64,000 bases of DNA from Tubiluchus corallicola (GCA_030141605.1 JAQGDQ010000996.1:7556-71555), one strand, 5' to 3'. Numbered from the stretch's first letter, positions 25,501-39,600 are shown. Numbers and translations are program-made. The notes: generated by a model from the sequence alone, not told the origin.

Positions 25501-28500
25501 CCGCTGTGACTTTCCAGGTTTCGCTGGCATAGAGAGCCGTTGGCAGCACAATGGCGTTGTACAGACGAAGTTTGATTTTCATGTCAATTTTCTTGCTTGT
25601 CCAGATTTTTCCCATCTTCCTAAATACTGCTGTTGCTTTGCCGATTCTCCCCCTGATGTCATTTTCTGTACCTCCATTACAGGTCATCACACTGCCCAGA
25701 TATGAAAAACTGGTAACGTTCTTAACCATTTGGCCTCCCACTGTTATATGTACATCATTCTGTTGGTTTGTCCACACTTTCAAAACTTTGGTCTTTTCTT
25801 GACTAATTCTCAATCCAATTTTTCCCGCTACTTCTTCCATACTTGTGGTCAGTTGTTGCAGGCTTTCTTTTGATGTTTCCAGAAGAGCTATATCGTCAGC
25901 AAAGTCCAGATCTGCCAATCGTTGTTGTTGTTTCCATTGCATTCCTAGATCTTTACCATCAACCGCCTTCTTCATGATGAAATCAATCGTCAGTAGGAAC
26001 AGGAATGGCGACATAATGCAACCCTGCTTAACTCCAGTTTCGATGGTGAAATACTCGGTGTTTCCCTCTTGTGTTCTTATACAACAGCCGCTGTTTTGGT
26101 AAAAGTTCTGGATGGTTGAAATGAATTTCTGTGGGATACCATACAGAGAAGCAATTTTCCATAGAGACTGCCTGTGAACAGAGTCAAAAGCCTTCTTGAA
26201 ATCAATAAAATTGATTAATAAGGGCTGTTGGAATTCCATACATTGCTCAATGATGTTTCTGAGAGTGAATATCTGTTCACAGCATGATCTTCCTTTTCTA
26301 AATCCAGCTTGTTGTTCTCTTAGTCTTATATCAACAGCATCTCTCAACCGATCTAGCAGCACTATACTCAGGACTTTTCCAGGTATTGACATCAGAGTTA
26401 TTCCTCTCCAATTATTGCAATCTGTCAGGTTCCCTTTTTTAGGCAACTTCACGATGACTCCATTTCTCCAATCTTCGGGGACCTTTTGTTGTTCCCAGCA
26501 GCTGTTCAGGAGCTTTGTCATTGATCGTGTTATCCCTTTAATACCGTGTTTCAGGAGCTCAGCTGTTATTTGGTCCTCTCCAGCTGCTTTGTTGTTCTTT
26601 AGTTTTTTGATGGCAGTTTCTACTTCCAGTTCACTGATGTTGTCCAATCTTACATCTAGCTGTTGTTGTCCAATTTCATTCTCAAAATTGAATAATGTTG
26701 TTGGGTTTGGCTGGTTGAGAACTTCCTTGAAGTGTTCCACCCATCATGCGTTTTGCTGTTCTGTTGTTGTGAGAGTCACACCACTTTTGTTCTTGATTGG
26801 CACAGCTGGGGTGCCTCCTGTTCCCGTTAGATCTTTAACAATTCTGTAGAGAGTCTTGGTATCATTATGGCTGGCTGCTAACTGTGCTTCTTCACCCTTC
26901 TTTTCAAACCATTCGTTCTTGTCCCTCCTGCAACGTCTTTTTACTGCTCTATCTGCCAGTTGGTACTGCACATTGGCTTGACTCCTGCTTTCTGGTGTTT
27001 TTGCTTGGTCTCTCATTTGCTTAGTCTTCTTTCTTTCATCAATTAATTCCCAAGTTTTTTCTTGTATCCACATTTCTTTTCTGTTACCCCTTCTTCTGCC
27101 GATCTGTTCATCTGCAACTGCTGTTACTGCTTCTTTGAATATTTTCCACTGTTCTTCAATATCGTTGGCTTGTAGTAGTGGTTCAAATTTGTTGCTAAGT
27201 GCAAGTTCAAAAAAGGACTTAAGGACTTCTCTACAAGGTAAGTATTTGTGATGTGTTAATGAAAACATGGAAATTCTATTTATAATAATGTGCAATATAA
27301 TTTTTTTGCTATAAACAAACTCACTTGTGAATACCGGAAAACGTGTTTCGTTTCTTCTCTTTACGCAACGCTTCTGCTTCATCTCTCAGTTTGCAATACA
27401 GCTGTTTTGCTGTTACTTGGTGATGTTGAAACAGAGGCAAAATCTACAAAAGAATTGAACAAACGCTATACACAAAAATGTAGTAAAACAATAGCAATAA
27501 CCATACAAAATTATGCAATATAATAGTTAATTCTTTATCCTATAAGCTTTGTGTCTAATGTAAAATCGATTAACAATTATTAGATACAGAGCAGGATGAA
27601 AAATAAAATTATAAAGCAATCACTAGTAAGTTTCATAATACGCAATAATTTTAATCAATATCACAGAACATTTTTATTGCATTTACCTGGTTGACTTGCT
27701 GTCGAAACTAGACAGAGCTTTTCTGTTAGTTCCGTCTGGGCGATGTGTGCACCAGAATTGGGCAATTAATACCATATTTTTGTTAAGTGATTATATTATT
27801 AATTATTTGCGCCAAATATATCAAAATATTACCATAATAACCATGTTTTACTGTTTTATAATTTTGTAATTGCAGAGTCTAGATATGCACCGTAAGACTC
27901 TAAAAGGTACAAAAAACTGATAGATTTAATTACAGTAGTAGACGCTTAATAGACTCACTTTGGGACCGACATGTTTTGACCCAATTAACCAATTGAACCT
28001 ATTAACCGATGGGTGTAGTATTACTGCTATAGAAGTATGAGTCATCAGCTTACTATGCACAGCAAAGGCTTTTAATCAAGTTTAGAAACGAAGTAATGCC
28101 TAAATTTCTTTGTGCAGTTAGAAATTAGAAAAAAATATTTTAAAATATTAATTTATATAAGTGAATTAACAATAAATTAAAAAGTACACTTTTCTAAATC
28201 GTACTGCCCTAAAATTTTCAGTTTCTCCTTAACTGTTAGATCTTTACGCTTATACTCTATTTTTAAAACTTCTTAACTCTATGCCCTTATTTGATGTATG
28301 ATGTTTACTCTTGTAAGTCACAAGAAATACCAGCTGATTACTGTACCTGCATCTTTGACTATTAACTCATTAAGCCTGAAAGTGTGATTTTCAAATAGAG
28401 CATCAAAACGAAACCGCTAGACAAGTGATTAAATGTTTAGCTTCCAGAAATTCTTTTGGTAATGAGGTTAATGGCAGTGGACGAGCAGGTAACAGATTCA

Positions 28501-30882
28501 ATGCAAAACTGCTACCCTAGCGCATGATAAACATACCTGTTTATAAACAAAACGGTACTTAACATGATTGTTTCTACATATATAATGCACGTACTAATAA
28601 AAGGAAGTAAAGATGTCATAAAAGTAGGAAAGGCTGTTTGGGCACATACAATGTCTTATTTTAAGTACATGAATGAAAAATATTGAGTCAATTAAGCGGC
28701 AACTATTGTAATTAGATTACAACTGTAACTGCCAGAACTTTCACAACAATTACTACCCATTGTAATGAGTTGGAGGAAAAGAGACACTGAAAAAGTGTAG
28801 ACTAGTCGGGATCGTAGCTGATGTATTTGTGACTTACGTTTATCGTGTCTGGAGGTTTGGCATCGAAAACCAGGTTTCCCTTTATCAGTGTCAAGTCATG
28901 CGTGGCAATTGTTGCGCCAGATCTCTTGTCACATACTGAATCATGAAGTTTAGTCTGGAAATAAAATTTCAATTGAATAACATTTCAGTTAAAAATCTGG
29001 ATAACATATTCATGCTCTTACGGTGACGACAATGGCTAGACCGGAAAAGAAGAATGTTATAACTTTTCTATTTGCGCCATTGCGCCATTTGCTATTCAAA
29101 CCCTGTTTTATAAATCCATTTGGAATGCCATCTTTGTCATTTTAGAATTATAGGAAAAGCAAGCACATCTCAAGAATGGTTTTGCCGTCATTTATAAGTT
29201 GACTGATATGGGGCACCTGACCTACTCAACCAGCAATGTGAGCTTTTATGCTGTATATATCACTTTGTTTACCTGTGAAAGAGTTACTCTTTTTTCTAAT
29301 ATACTTGACTAAAGCAAGTTTTCATAATACTGTAAGTGCTTTCTAAACGGTGCTAATGCCTTCCAGCAAAACATCGTTAAATGAAGCCAAGGCTTCCATA
29401 GAATGCAATGTAAAAGAATTGAGATACCATCCTGCTTTATAAATCCAGTTGGAATGTCCTTTTGTCATTTTTAGAATTGCAGGAAAAGTCGGCACATCTC
29501 AGGAACTTACGGCTTTGAGGCCATTTGCAAGTTAACTGATATGCGGCACCTTCTCTGCTCTAGTGTTCTAATTTACGCTCTTGTGCTGCATGTATTGCTT
29601 TGTTTACTTGCAATACCATTTTTTGTCTAATGTACTTGATTAAAGCAAGTGTTCATAATGTCTGTAGGTCGTAAAAGTTATTAGTAAATACTTTTGTTAA
29701 GATGATATAAGCAACGGAAGTTTGTTAAGAAAATATGCAGTAGCAAACCAGCTAGTAGGTTAACAAACACCACTTTGCTAGGATGAAAAAGTGGTTGGCT
29801 GGCCTGCTATCTTCTTTAACAAGTATAACCATCTCCAAGTTTACTACTATAACACTTTTGCTATTTGATAAATTAATATTTCTACATACCTGAAGGGAAA
29901 TAAATTTTTTAAAGGTGTTCCCCTTAGAAAAATCTATGTTCTTCATAATGCAGCAGACTATAAAAGGCCGAATTTCTCGAACGGTTTCAGTCATTAACAC
30001 ACAGATCGTGGAGTCCTGACAATGCTCAACCTTTACCGTGTGCTTCGGTGTTGACTCCATCTTGTCCTCATCTTTCTTTTCTCGTTTTTTCTTTCTTTTT
30101 TCGTCTTTTCCACTGCCTGCCTTTTTAGTGGTGGAATCACCAGCTTTTAACCGTGGTGAGTTTTTGCGAACATACTCCAGTGCTGCCTTTGTTTTTGATT
30201 GAATAAACAGTTTTTCTAGTCGTTTATCAGCAAGTTTGTTTCCCATCATATTCAAATCCTTTAGCTTTGGACAGTCCGCAACTTCGGCTGGAATGATTTT
30301 AATCGCATTATTTGAGAGGTCAAGCATTTTCAGTGAATGTAAGCTTTCGACATCTGGCGGAATATCAGCTATTCTGTTATCGCTAAGATTTAATGTCATT
30401 AATCCCTTCAAAAAGCATAAAATGATGGGAAAATCTGAAAATTCATTGTGTGATAAGTCTAACGTTGCCAAATGTTGGAGGGCCTCAATGCCATCTGGTA
30501 ATGACGACAGTAAATTGTTCCCTGCCAGTAGTGTCTGAAGTTCTGTCAAAGTAAAGAAAGTTTCTGGCAATTCTTCAATTCGATTATTGGAAATGTCTAG
30601 AAGCTTTAGTTTTGTGAGACGACAAATTGCAGTTGGTAATTCTTCGAGCTTGTTGCTGTGCAGAACTAGGTTGGTAAGGCCAGAAAGGTTTGCTACGTCA
30701 CGCGTAAGAGTTTGCAGGCCACATTTACTCACTTCTAAAAAGTTTAATGACTTCAGTGAGTAAATCGTTGCTTCCAAGCCATCTTCTTCTATTTCTTTTG
30801 CCACATCAACTCCTGTAAGCACTAATTCCCGTCTATTCTCTGATTTTGCCAAGTCGATTGCATGTTTCATAGAAGCCGACAT
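22537..30882 (-). CDS. LRRC47: Leucine-rich repeat-containing protein 47 (LRRs plus PheRS-beta B3/4-like domain), 5 exons
   Basis: Exons 30882-29890, 28954-28838, 27443-27325, 23827-23725 and 22815-22537 with consistent phases. LRR array; CPKLKDLN, RPFIVCC, FKKFISLQTKLHD, ATIATHD, VISLPPLVNSDVTK, IFVEVTS, EQVRV and LKVVYPSRTDL. Confidence 0.92.
22952..23684. mobile_element. piggyBac-like MITE
   Basis: TTAA on both flanks (22948-22951, 23685-23688); perfect 13-bp TIR CTCCTTCAGGACC. Confidence 0.85.
23978..24425. mobile_element. pogo/Tigger-like MITE, family A, copy 2
   Basis: TA|CAGTCAACCTCG ... CGAGGTTGACTA|TA; aligns with 15298-15761. Confidence 0.85.
25099..27221 (-). mobile_element. RTE-clade non-LTR retrotransposon, 5'-truncated, in LRRC47 intron 3
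   Basis: RT motifs NWRGITL, DFKKAFDSV, GVKQGC and FADD; RTE-type C-terminus GKRKRGRPKTTWRR; very short 3' UTR ending in (TAAGG)n; TSD AGGACTTCTCT at 25088-25098 and 27222-27232; no endonuclease domain; in-frame TGA at 26744-26746. Confidence 0.9.
27933..28708. mobile_element. pogo/Tigger-like MITE, family B, copy 1
   Basis: TA|CAGTAGTAGACGCTTAATAGACTC ... GAGTCAATTAAGCGGCAACTATTG|TA; colinear with 32211-33140. Confidence 0.8.
29100..29660. repeat. Diverged local direct duplication (about 230-bp blocks, period about 330 bp)
   Basis: TTTATAAATCCA.TTGGAATG...GCACATCTCA.GAA...AAAGCAAGT.TTCATAAT occurs twice. Confidence 0.7.
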
Positions 30883-32210
30883 GTTGGAAACAAACTCCGC
30901 GCCAGGCAAACGCACTCGAGCATATTTTAAGCGTTACATGATTTATATATTTTTTTGCGCCTTGGACAAGAAATAACGATCGCTTCAGCCTGCTAGGCAA
31001 AGCGTGACATTAAGGGTAAGCATAGAACGCTCGAGTTTTTTTAGTTCGAACTCGATTCAAACATAAAACTATAGCTTCGAATAATTCAGCACTTCAATCA
31101 TATATGTTCTTTAAAATTAAACGATTGAAACATCATGCAATTAGCATAATTTAGCTGCTGTGATTTCTGTGCACAATTTTAAGCAAATCATTAGTCGTTT
31201 TTTTGCAGAACAAAATCGAGTGATATGCATGATCTTTGTAAGACTAATTTTTACTGGTGGTACGAAAATCTTTCAATCTCAGTTCAAATTCGAAGCACTG
31301 AAGTTCGGCTTGTTTCGAATTCGCTTCTGGTACTGAATGCTCACCCCCTAAGGGACATACTAAAAATGTTTCAGTCTGCCAATAAGCTACTGTCCAGTAC
31401 TGATATATATTTATAACTACTTCTGTCCTTCTAGGTTTGTAACAAAACGTTTTGTGACTAATGTGATACAACTACACACAACAAACCCGCTGTCTACTAA
31501 GTGAGTCTACACCCATGTTGAGTTACTGTATTTGGATCAGATTATGTATCAGTTTTGCTTAATATGCATATGGGATAATAGTGCAAAGATGTAACTACTT
31601 TAATTATAAACTGATTACTTACTGAAAACAATGTTACCAAATACAATCTTATAAAAAATGTGAAATGTTCATAATTACAAAAATATATAGATAGAAACAC
31701 TGATTTTATTGTCCTGCTTCAGAAGCCTGTTTCACAGTAGTTTTACATACTTCAACACTTACAAAGTATCAAAATTCTAATCAGCAATAACAACAACATT
31801 AGCCACTTCGCTACTAATTATTATGCATATGAAGACATTTAAGGTCGAACTACAGTAACTAACATTCACACACACATACACAAAATCAAATTTACAGCCC
31901 ATTTTTAAATAACTTAACTACAGTAATGTAAAACAAACACAAGTATTTAAGTAAGTATACATGCCTAATCATAAGTTAGAAGTATTTACAGACAAAGGTT
32001 TTACATACAGTGATAATTTACATCAACTGGGAATTGGATAAGTTGTTAAATTAATAACGATCTACATTCTTTAAATTGCATTACACTGTTTGATTTAATC
32101 ACTGAAAACACAATGACGTGTTGTACATCAGTGGTACAATAAAAAGTAAGACCTGAGAATTAAATATTGGCTAACAAGTATCAGTTAAGCACTGAAAGAA
32201 AAACAAACTA

Positions 32211-33140
32211 CAGTAGGGGCCACTTAACAGACTCACTTTGGGACCGACGAGTTTTGACACAATTAACCGACGGAACCTATTAACCGATGGGTGTTGTATT
32301 ACAGGTATGGAAGTATGAGTCACCAGTTTACTATGCACTGCAAGGTGTTTAATGAATTTTAGAAATGAAGTAATGCCTAAATTCCTTTGTGCAGTTAAAA
32401 ATTAGAAAAAGTATGTTAAAATATTAATTTATGTAAGTGAGTTAGCAATAAGTTAAAAAGTATACTTTTCTAAATCATAGACTTTTCTAAGTCTGTTTAT
32501 TTGCAAAAATTACAAAAATTCCTTCAAAGTCGGCTGCTTCATTTTCTCGCAAAAAAATGGCCGACAGAGTTCTCATCATTATAACAACGTTGATGTGCGT
32601 GAGTAAAACAGTTTTGAGTCGTCTGCTCACTTACATTGTCCTTATTTGCTCTAAGATATTTACTGTTGTAAATCACAACGAATACGATTATACTGTACCT
32701 GCATCTTGGACTGTTAACTCATTAAGCCTGAAAGAGTGATTTGCAACGAGAGCATCAAAAGGAAACCGCTAGGCAAGTTAAATGTTTAGCTTCCAGAAAT
32801 TGTTTGGGTAACAGTGGGCAACAGATTCAAAGCAAAACCGCTACGCTAGCATATTAGTGCATGATAAACATACCTGTTTATAAAAAAACGGTATTTAACA
32901 TAATTGTTTCTACATATATAATGCACGAAGGGGAGGTAAAGATGACATAAAAGTAGGAAAGGCTCTTTGGGCACATACAAATATCTTATTTTAAGTAGGT
33001 GAATGAAAAACATTGAGTCAATTATGAGGAGCTATTTGAGTCAATTACCGATGGTTTATATGTATATTTGAATAGAAGCGGCCCGTTCCAGGTGTTTTTG
33101 AGTCAATTAAGCAATTTAGTCTATTAAGCGGCGCCTACTG
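32211..33140. mobile_element. pogo/Tigger-like MITE, family B, copy 2
   Basis: TA|CAGTAGGGGCCACTTAACAGAC ... GTCTATTAAGCGGCGCCTACTG; long internal identity to 27933-28708. Confidence 0.8.
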
Positions 33141-33202
33141 CTTATAATATATATATGGTGTAGCATGAAGTCTAGTATGGTATGCAGACCCCTCCTCTTC
33201 CC

Positions 33203-33206
<4 letters not shown>

Positions 33207-33264
<58 letters not shown>

Positions 33265-33302
33265 TCTCTCTCTCCCCTCCCCCTCCCTCCCCCCTCTCTC
33301 TC
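33207..33302. repeat. (CT)n microsatellite / polypyrimidine tract
   Basis: Seen directly. Confidence 0.95.
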
Positions 33303-33636
33303 GCTCGTGTGCACACGCACAAATTATTGTTTCTGGTAAGAGTTTTTACTCCTTTTTAGTCCTGTTATTCAACTTGTCTGCAAGAGCAGAATCGTTTACC
33401 TAAGTACAATCAACTAATCAATCAATCAGCCAGCCAGCCAGCCAACCAATCAACCAATCATTAGGTAACTTCAAACAGTTATGCTGCTACTTGACAGATA
33501 ATATTAGGTCGGTGTTGATAGACACGAAATTCCCTTGATTTTTTACAGTTGACATCACTACCAACTGTGGCATTTACGAAAATGACGCACGCAAACTGCC
33601 AGCTGCCGCATGAACTCTGTTGACTAGAATGTTTTA

Positions 33637-36600
33637 TCACTGTGACTGGTTTCTCAGCTGTGCTTGCATCTGACTCAACATCTGCTGCATTCGAGCAATC
33701 TATAAAATAAAATCAATTTGTCAATCAATCATTCAATTAACTAGTCAGTCTATCAGTCACATACTTAGTCACTTAGTTAATCAATCTATCAATCAAAATG
33801 ATTAGCAGTATCTATAATGTCATTAGTTGCATCCAACAATTTTTTACACAATTTGGTGCACAGCCAGTGACATTCAACACTTGTGGCAGGACCAAAACCC
33901 AGCTGATCAAAGGTAATCTTGTATGATGAGCCACTGAACCAGCAGATGAGCACTAGCCATAAAAGGATGAGTTTACGCCTTCCTCAACAGGTGACTAACT
34001 AACCAAAATGAGTATTCAACTCGGCTGTCACTTGTCCATTCAATGGCTAAGCCTGGTTTTGTCAACTTCGGTGCTGCTCGATTGGTAAGCATTCACAGTA
34101 ATAATCTCATCCTAACTTAAGGAAACTCAACTGCTAATTTTGCATAAAGAATCTACTAATGTATATGAATTCAATACCTCTGCGTCTTTCTCTTGAAGAC
34201 GTTTGTCTTGCTCGGCTACGCCATCAAAATTCTGGCACGAATCTCTTTTCAATTTCCTGAAAATGTTCATTATATTCATCATTATATAATAAGATTATAG
34301 TTTTTGCAGTTAATAACAAATATTGTTAATCAATGTTAACCGCAAAGGGGCTGCTGAGAAAACGATTGTCTACAGAAATTCAAATTGATATGATTCAATT
34401 TTAACGATTTATCTCAGATTTTGAAGTCTCTTTTCAAGCATTCACTTGATACGTAAGTAATGTAGCCATAAAGTAAGGCGGGGGAGGGAAAGGAACCTAT
34501 GACGGAATCTCATCGTGAAGGAGGGTACAGGTCTAAAACGCGTTCCGTGCCGCGGCCACGAGGTAGTTCTAGAGGCCCGCTCCTGGTCTAGCCACCTGGG
34601 AGGGCTGCCTCCGTCAACTCGTGAAAATCTCCTCGCACTCGTAGCTCCAGTTGGCGACTGGATAGGGGCCTGCGTGTGCGTTGGGGGGGCATTCCCGAGG
34701 CCACCTTTCGGTGACAAGTCCGTCAGTACTAGGTCCCTGATCTCTTCCGTTCGGAGGGGGCTGGTGAGTGCCAGTCGGCTCCTGGGTTGGAGTTTACCCG
34801 TTCTAAAAAACCACAAAACTAATGAAATGTATAAAAAAGAAAAATCGAGCTCAGCACGGCTCACTACCCTAACAAAATTAAAACCTGCTGGGAACAAGCC
34901 GGTGAAAGCCGGATCTTCCCGTGAACCAAATTTGAAACCAGAACAGCCGGAAATTACGGAGTTCTTGGAAGAAAAGAAAACTGATGACATGCAAGTCTCT
35001 GAAAAAGGGAATCCATGGACTACAAAGACCAGTAAAGGTTCGGCATCGTCAGAGTGTACTCTGAACACCGTACCTGCCCCAGAAGGAGTAGATACCCGGA
35101 ATCCTGGTGCTCCAAATGAGCCCAGCAAGCCCGAGGAATCGAAACCGATGGGGAAAAATCATGAAAAAAACCGGCGGAAGAAGGAAAAGAGACGACTTCT
35201 GAAAGGTGTGTCGGCTATGTCGATCGCCAATCAGGAGGAGGCTCCCACTCCTAACCCATCGGTGGTGAAAAAGAGAACGAGCAGCGCTCTCTCAACTCCA
35301 AGTCCGATCTCGAACGTGAAGCGACCCCGGGGTGACTCCGGGCAAGCGGGACGTAAGGGAGAGGAAGGTCAAAAGGGTGAAGGCACAGAAGGAAGCAGTA
35401 AGGCCTCATACGCCAAGGCTGTGAAGTCCGGCGGCCAACACCTTAAAATTACAAAAAAGGACGCGGGAGAAGACCCTCTGGACGGCTCGGATTTACGGGC
35501 AATACAGTCGGGGATCAACCGTGTCCTTCTCAGAACGGATCCGGGGTTTCTTGTCCGCATTGAGAGGACCTACCTACATGAAGGTAAAGTCCACGTCATG
35601 TGCAAGGACGAGAAAACCCTGGAGTGGGCAAAACAGCTTGTCCTGGACATTGAAAACCCATCTGTGGGCCACCCGGGGTACGAGGCGAGAGGACCGAAAG
35701 ATCTTCCGCCAGCAAGGACCTTCGGGGTTTGGATTCCGGATGAGGATGACATCAAAATCGAGGATCTGCTGACGTTGGTGGACCGATGTAATTCGGAACT
35801 CCAACGGAAGCACATGGAGGTCCGCGGCGGGTCAAAAGGGGTCGGCGGAATGCTACACGTAGTAGCGGTCTGGGAACCGTCCCTGTCAGGTCTGGAACGA
35901 CTGGAGTTTGCTCCGTACGCCGGATGCAAACGAGTCACGTTCCAGTCCAAAAAGAAAAAGAAAAAGGAAAACCAAGGGAAAGCCAAGGAACCGGAAACAC
36001 CTGTTCAAACGGTGGATAAGGGTCCAGAAGTGAGTACCGAGGGTGGAAAAACCCCCGACGTTGCCACTGGAACAAAGGAGCTGCCGTCTGTCGAGCAATC
36101 GCAGATGAAGGCACCCGAGTCTAGTATGGAAACGTAAATACAGAAAAGTATGGGAACAGGGGCTAAAATAAAATCCCGGCCGCAGACAGTCTTCGGTGGA
36201 AATACCCACGGTAGATTGAATGTTATTTCCGGGGACAATTTGGATAAAATAGGTGAGAAGCCAGCACAAAGTGTCTCTGGTATTGAGTGCTGGCAAATCA
36301 ATCTTCACAAAAGCAAAGCTGCGAGTTACAACTTGCAGGATGTTGTAAAACACATACGTACCGGGTTAGTCTTTGTACAGGAACCCTGGACGCACGGTGG
36401 GGAAGTTAGGGGTAAACTCCGAGGACGGTTTCCAGGGAAACCGGAATGGAGAAAGGCCTCGGGCGTGCATTTATGCCACTCCTAACCTAAAATGCTTTTT
36501 ACTTCCAGTGTTCTCGAATACAGACATTGTGGCAGTTAAAGCAAAAAATGTGTGCCGGGATGGAGATGAGTTCATTTTCGTCTCGGCATACATGGTGCAT

Positions 36601-39600
36601 GATCAACCGGCTCCCCCTATGTTACTCAGGGAACTGATATCATTCGGGGACGGCGATAAAACTCCAATTATTGTGGGGACTGATGCTAATGCGCATCATA
36701 CGTTATGGGGTTCCACCGATGTCAACGACAGGGGTGAGGAACTCTTGGAGTATTGTGCACGCGCTAATCTTGAGTTCTGTAATGTTGGCCGTAAACCAAC
36801 GTTCCGAACAAAAACAAGAGAAGAGGTGCTAGACTTGACACTGAGGAATCTGCATGCAGGGGACATAGTATGCGATTGGTATGTCAGTGACGTGCCATCG
36901 CTGTCGGACCACATGTATATAAGATTCCTGGTGAAAAGCAGTATTTCAAAAGAAAACCCACTCATCAGGAACATCCGCCGTACTTGCTGGGAAAAGTATG
37001 CGGAAGAACTTGAGCATAAACTTCCAGAACTGAACCGGGAATACAAGGTGTCCTCCAATGAGGATATTGAGGATTTGGCTGATGAAGTTCAGGCTGCTGT
37101 TATTCATTCTTATGAAACTGCTTGCCCATTACGTAGGCAGAGGAAGAAGGATGGGAACAAATGGTGGAATCCGGAGCTAAGCCGTCTCCGCAAGGAGGCG
37201 CGCAGGGCTTGCAGGAGAGCCACTAAGACTAAAAATCAACGAGACTGGGAAACAAGAAAGCTAACCCAGTCTATATTCAAAAATGCCGTCCGGAAGGCGA
37301 AACGCCAATCCTGGCGGAGTTTCACGGAAAAGATGGAAGATCAGGCACCAACTGCTAGGTTGGTAAAGGTCCTCCGCCGAAATAAAGCAGCGCAGTTAAG
37401 CTGTGTGTATAAAGAAGACGGTAAATTAAGCAGTTCACCGGAGGAAACTTTAAACCGGCTCCTCGACACCCTATCACCAGGGAGTCGAGTAACGGAACCA
37501 GACACATCCACAGACTTGCCTGTTTGCGCGACCGTGGATGAGGAATTCATCGCTTCCATTTGCTCGGAAGAACGAGTGAAAGCGGCACTGTTTGAATTCC
37601 AACCTTTCAAGGCTCCGGGACCGGATGGTATATATCCAGTCCTGTTGCAGAAAGGATGGAAATACATTAAAAAACACTACCTCATGCTTTTCCAGACATG
37701 TCTCAGGTATGGTTATGTACCGAGATCCTGGAAGGAAGGGAAAGGAGTATTTTTGCCGAAACCCGGAAAGAATAGCTATTTAGAAGTCAAGTCTTTCCGG
37801 ATGATAACATTAACGTCATTTCAACTGAAATGGTTGGAGAGAATAGTCCTCTATCAATTGAACGAGGATACTGAATTACAAGCAAGACTATCCAATGTGC
37901 AGTATGGCTTCCGTGCAGGCGTTTCCACGGAAACTGCTTTGCACGAGTATGTACAGCGTATTGAACGTAGTCTTGCTAAAAAGAAGCTCTCACTAGGTGT
38001 CTTTTTGGATATTGTTGGGGCATTCGATAACGTTTCTTTTAATAGCATATCCGCCGCATTGCTTGAACTTGAGGTATCGCCAGTTCTTATCCGCTGGATT
38101 GAGAACATGGTAAGGTGCCGTACAGTCCAAGTAGAGCTTTGTGATGCCACGGTAAAGAGGGAAGTAGTAAAGGGAAACCCCCAAGGCGGAATACTGTCTC
38201 CCTTGCTATGGAACTGTGTCTTGAACTCTCTGCTTAGGGAATTTGAAGAAAATGGAATTTATGCACAAGCCTATGCCGACGACCTGGCAGTTCTAATAGC
38301 TAGTGCGAACGTATCGACGGTCAGAAGGAGGGCGCAAAATGTAATTAACATTGCTGCTGAATGGTCCAGGAAAACTGAACTAGAATTCAGCAGTAGTAAG
38401 ACCGAAGTAATCATGTTCACAAACAAGAGAAATCCAAATATTGGGGATCTCTGGATGAATGGACAGAAGCTTCAACTCTCCAATGAAGTGAAACTGCTAG
38501 GGGTAACCCTAGACAGTAAACTGACTTGGAAGAGCCATATAACACGAGTCACCAACAAGGCGACGGCGGCACTTATGCAATGCAGACAAATTGTTGGTAA
38601 AACGTGGGGTATCCAACCGCGGATCATGAAATGGATATACACGGCAATGGTGCGTCCTTTCATGACATATGCGTGTGTGTCCTGGGTCAGCGGGTTGGAA
38701 AAAATGTACCTCAGGAAAATGCTCCAGAAATTACAGAGATTAGCATGCTTAATGATTTCTTCAGCATTCCCAAGTACTCCTACCGGTGCATTGGAGATGT
38801 TGTTGAATATCACACCAATAGACGAGTTCATTCGGTCGGAGGCGGTCCGAGGGTCATACCGTATAGATACGGCGGGGCTCTGGACAGCGAAGACCGTGGG
38901 AACTTTTGGTAAGTCTAAAAGTCATATCGATGTGTGCAATAGCTATAGGCGCGACCTCCAACTGTTGCATATGCCGGGTGATTTAAGAAAAAGAACACGC
39001 GTGTTTGAAAGAAATTTCGAATGCCAGATTCAGGAAAGAGAAATCGCTATCAAATCGGAAGGCGAAATGGATAGGAACTGTGTCAGGTGTTATACCGATG
39101 GTTCCAAACTGGACGGAAGGATCGGTGCAGGTATACGTATCGAGTATCCGACTGAGTCCAGAGTATTGGAGGAGTTCTTCTATCTTGGGAAATTGAGTAC
39201 TGTTTTCCAGGCAGAAGTTTTCGCCATCTCACAAGCGGCGGAGATAATGTCTTCGGAAGGACTCCAGAATCAATCAATAGTCATCCTGTCAGACAGCCAG
39301 GCGGCTATTAAAGCTACTGAAAACAATACAGTAAAATCTATCTCGGTTTTACGATGTGTTGAAAACTTGAACATACTTGGAAAAAGAAACCGAGTCTTGG
39401 TTACATGGATTCCTGGACACGAAGGAGTACATGGTAACGAAGAGGCGGACAAACTTGCTAAAAAGGGATCTGAGCTCTCTCCGGAGGGACCAGAACCCTA
39501 TCTGCCCGTCCCTTACGCTAGCTGTGTCTACGCGATTAAGGGATGGAGTCTAAAACGATGGGAAACGTCGTGGAATAATCGTGAGGACTGCAAGAGAACA

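Noticed and set aside
26196-26849. Long antisense ORFs over retroelement and LRR coding regions (also 34442-35128, 30236-30538)
   Set aside because: Shadow frames of real coding sequence with no independent motifs
33116-33403. ER/SL-repeat ORFs
   Set aside because: Translations of the (CT)n microsatellite
34620-34660. HDV-ribozyme L3-like CTCCTCGC in the LINE 5' UTR
   Set aside because: The flanks do not form the required P3/P1 helices by eye; kept only as a generic structured-RNA finding
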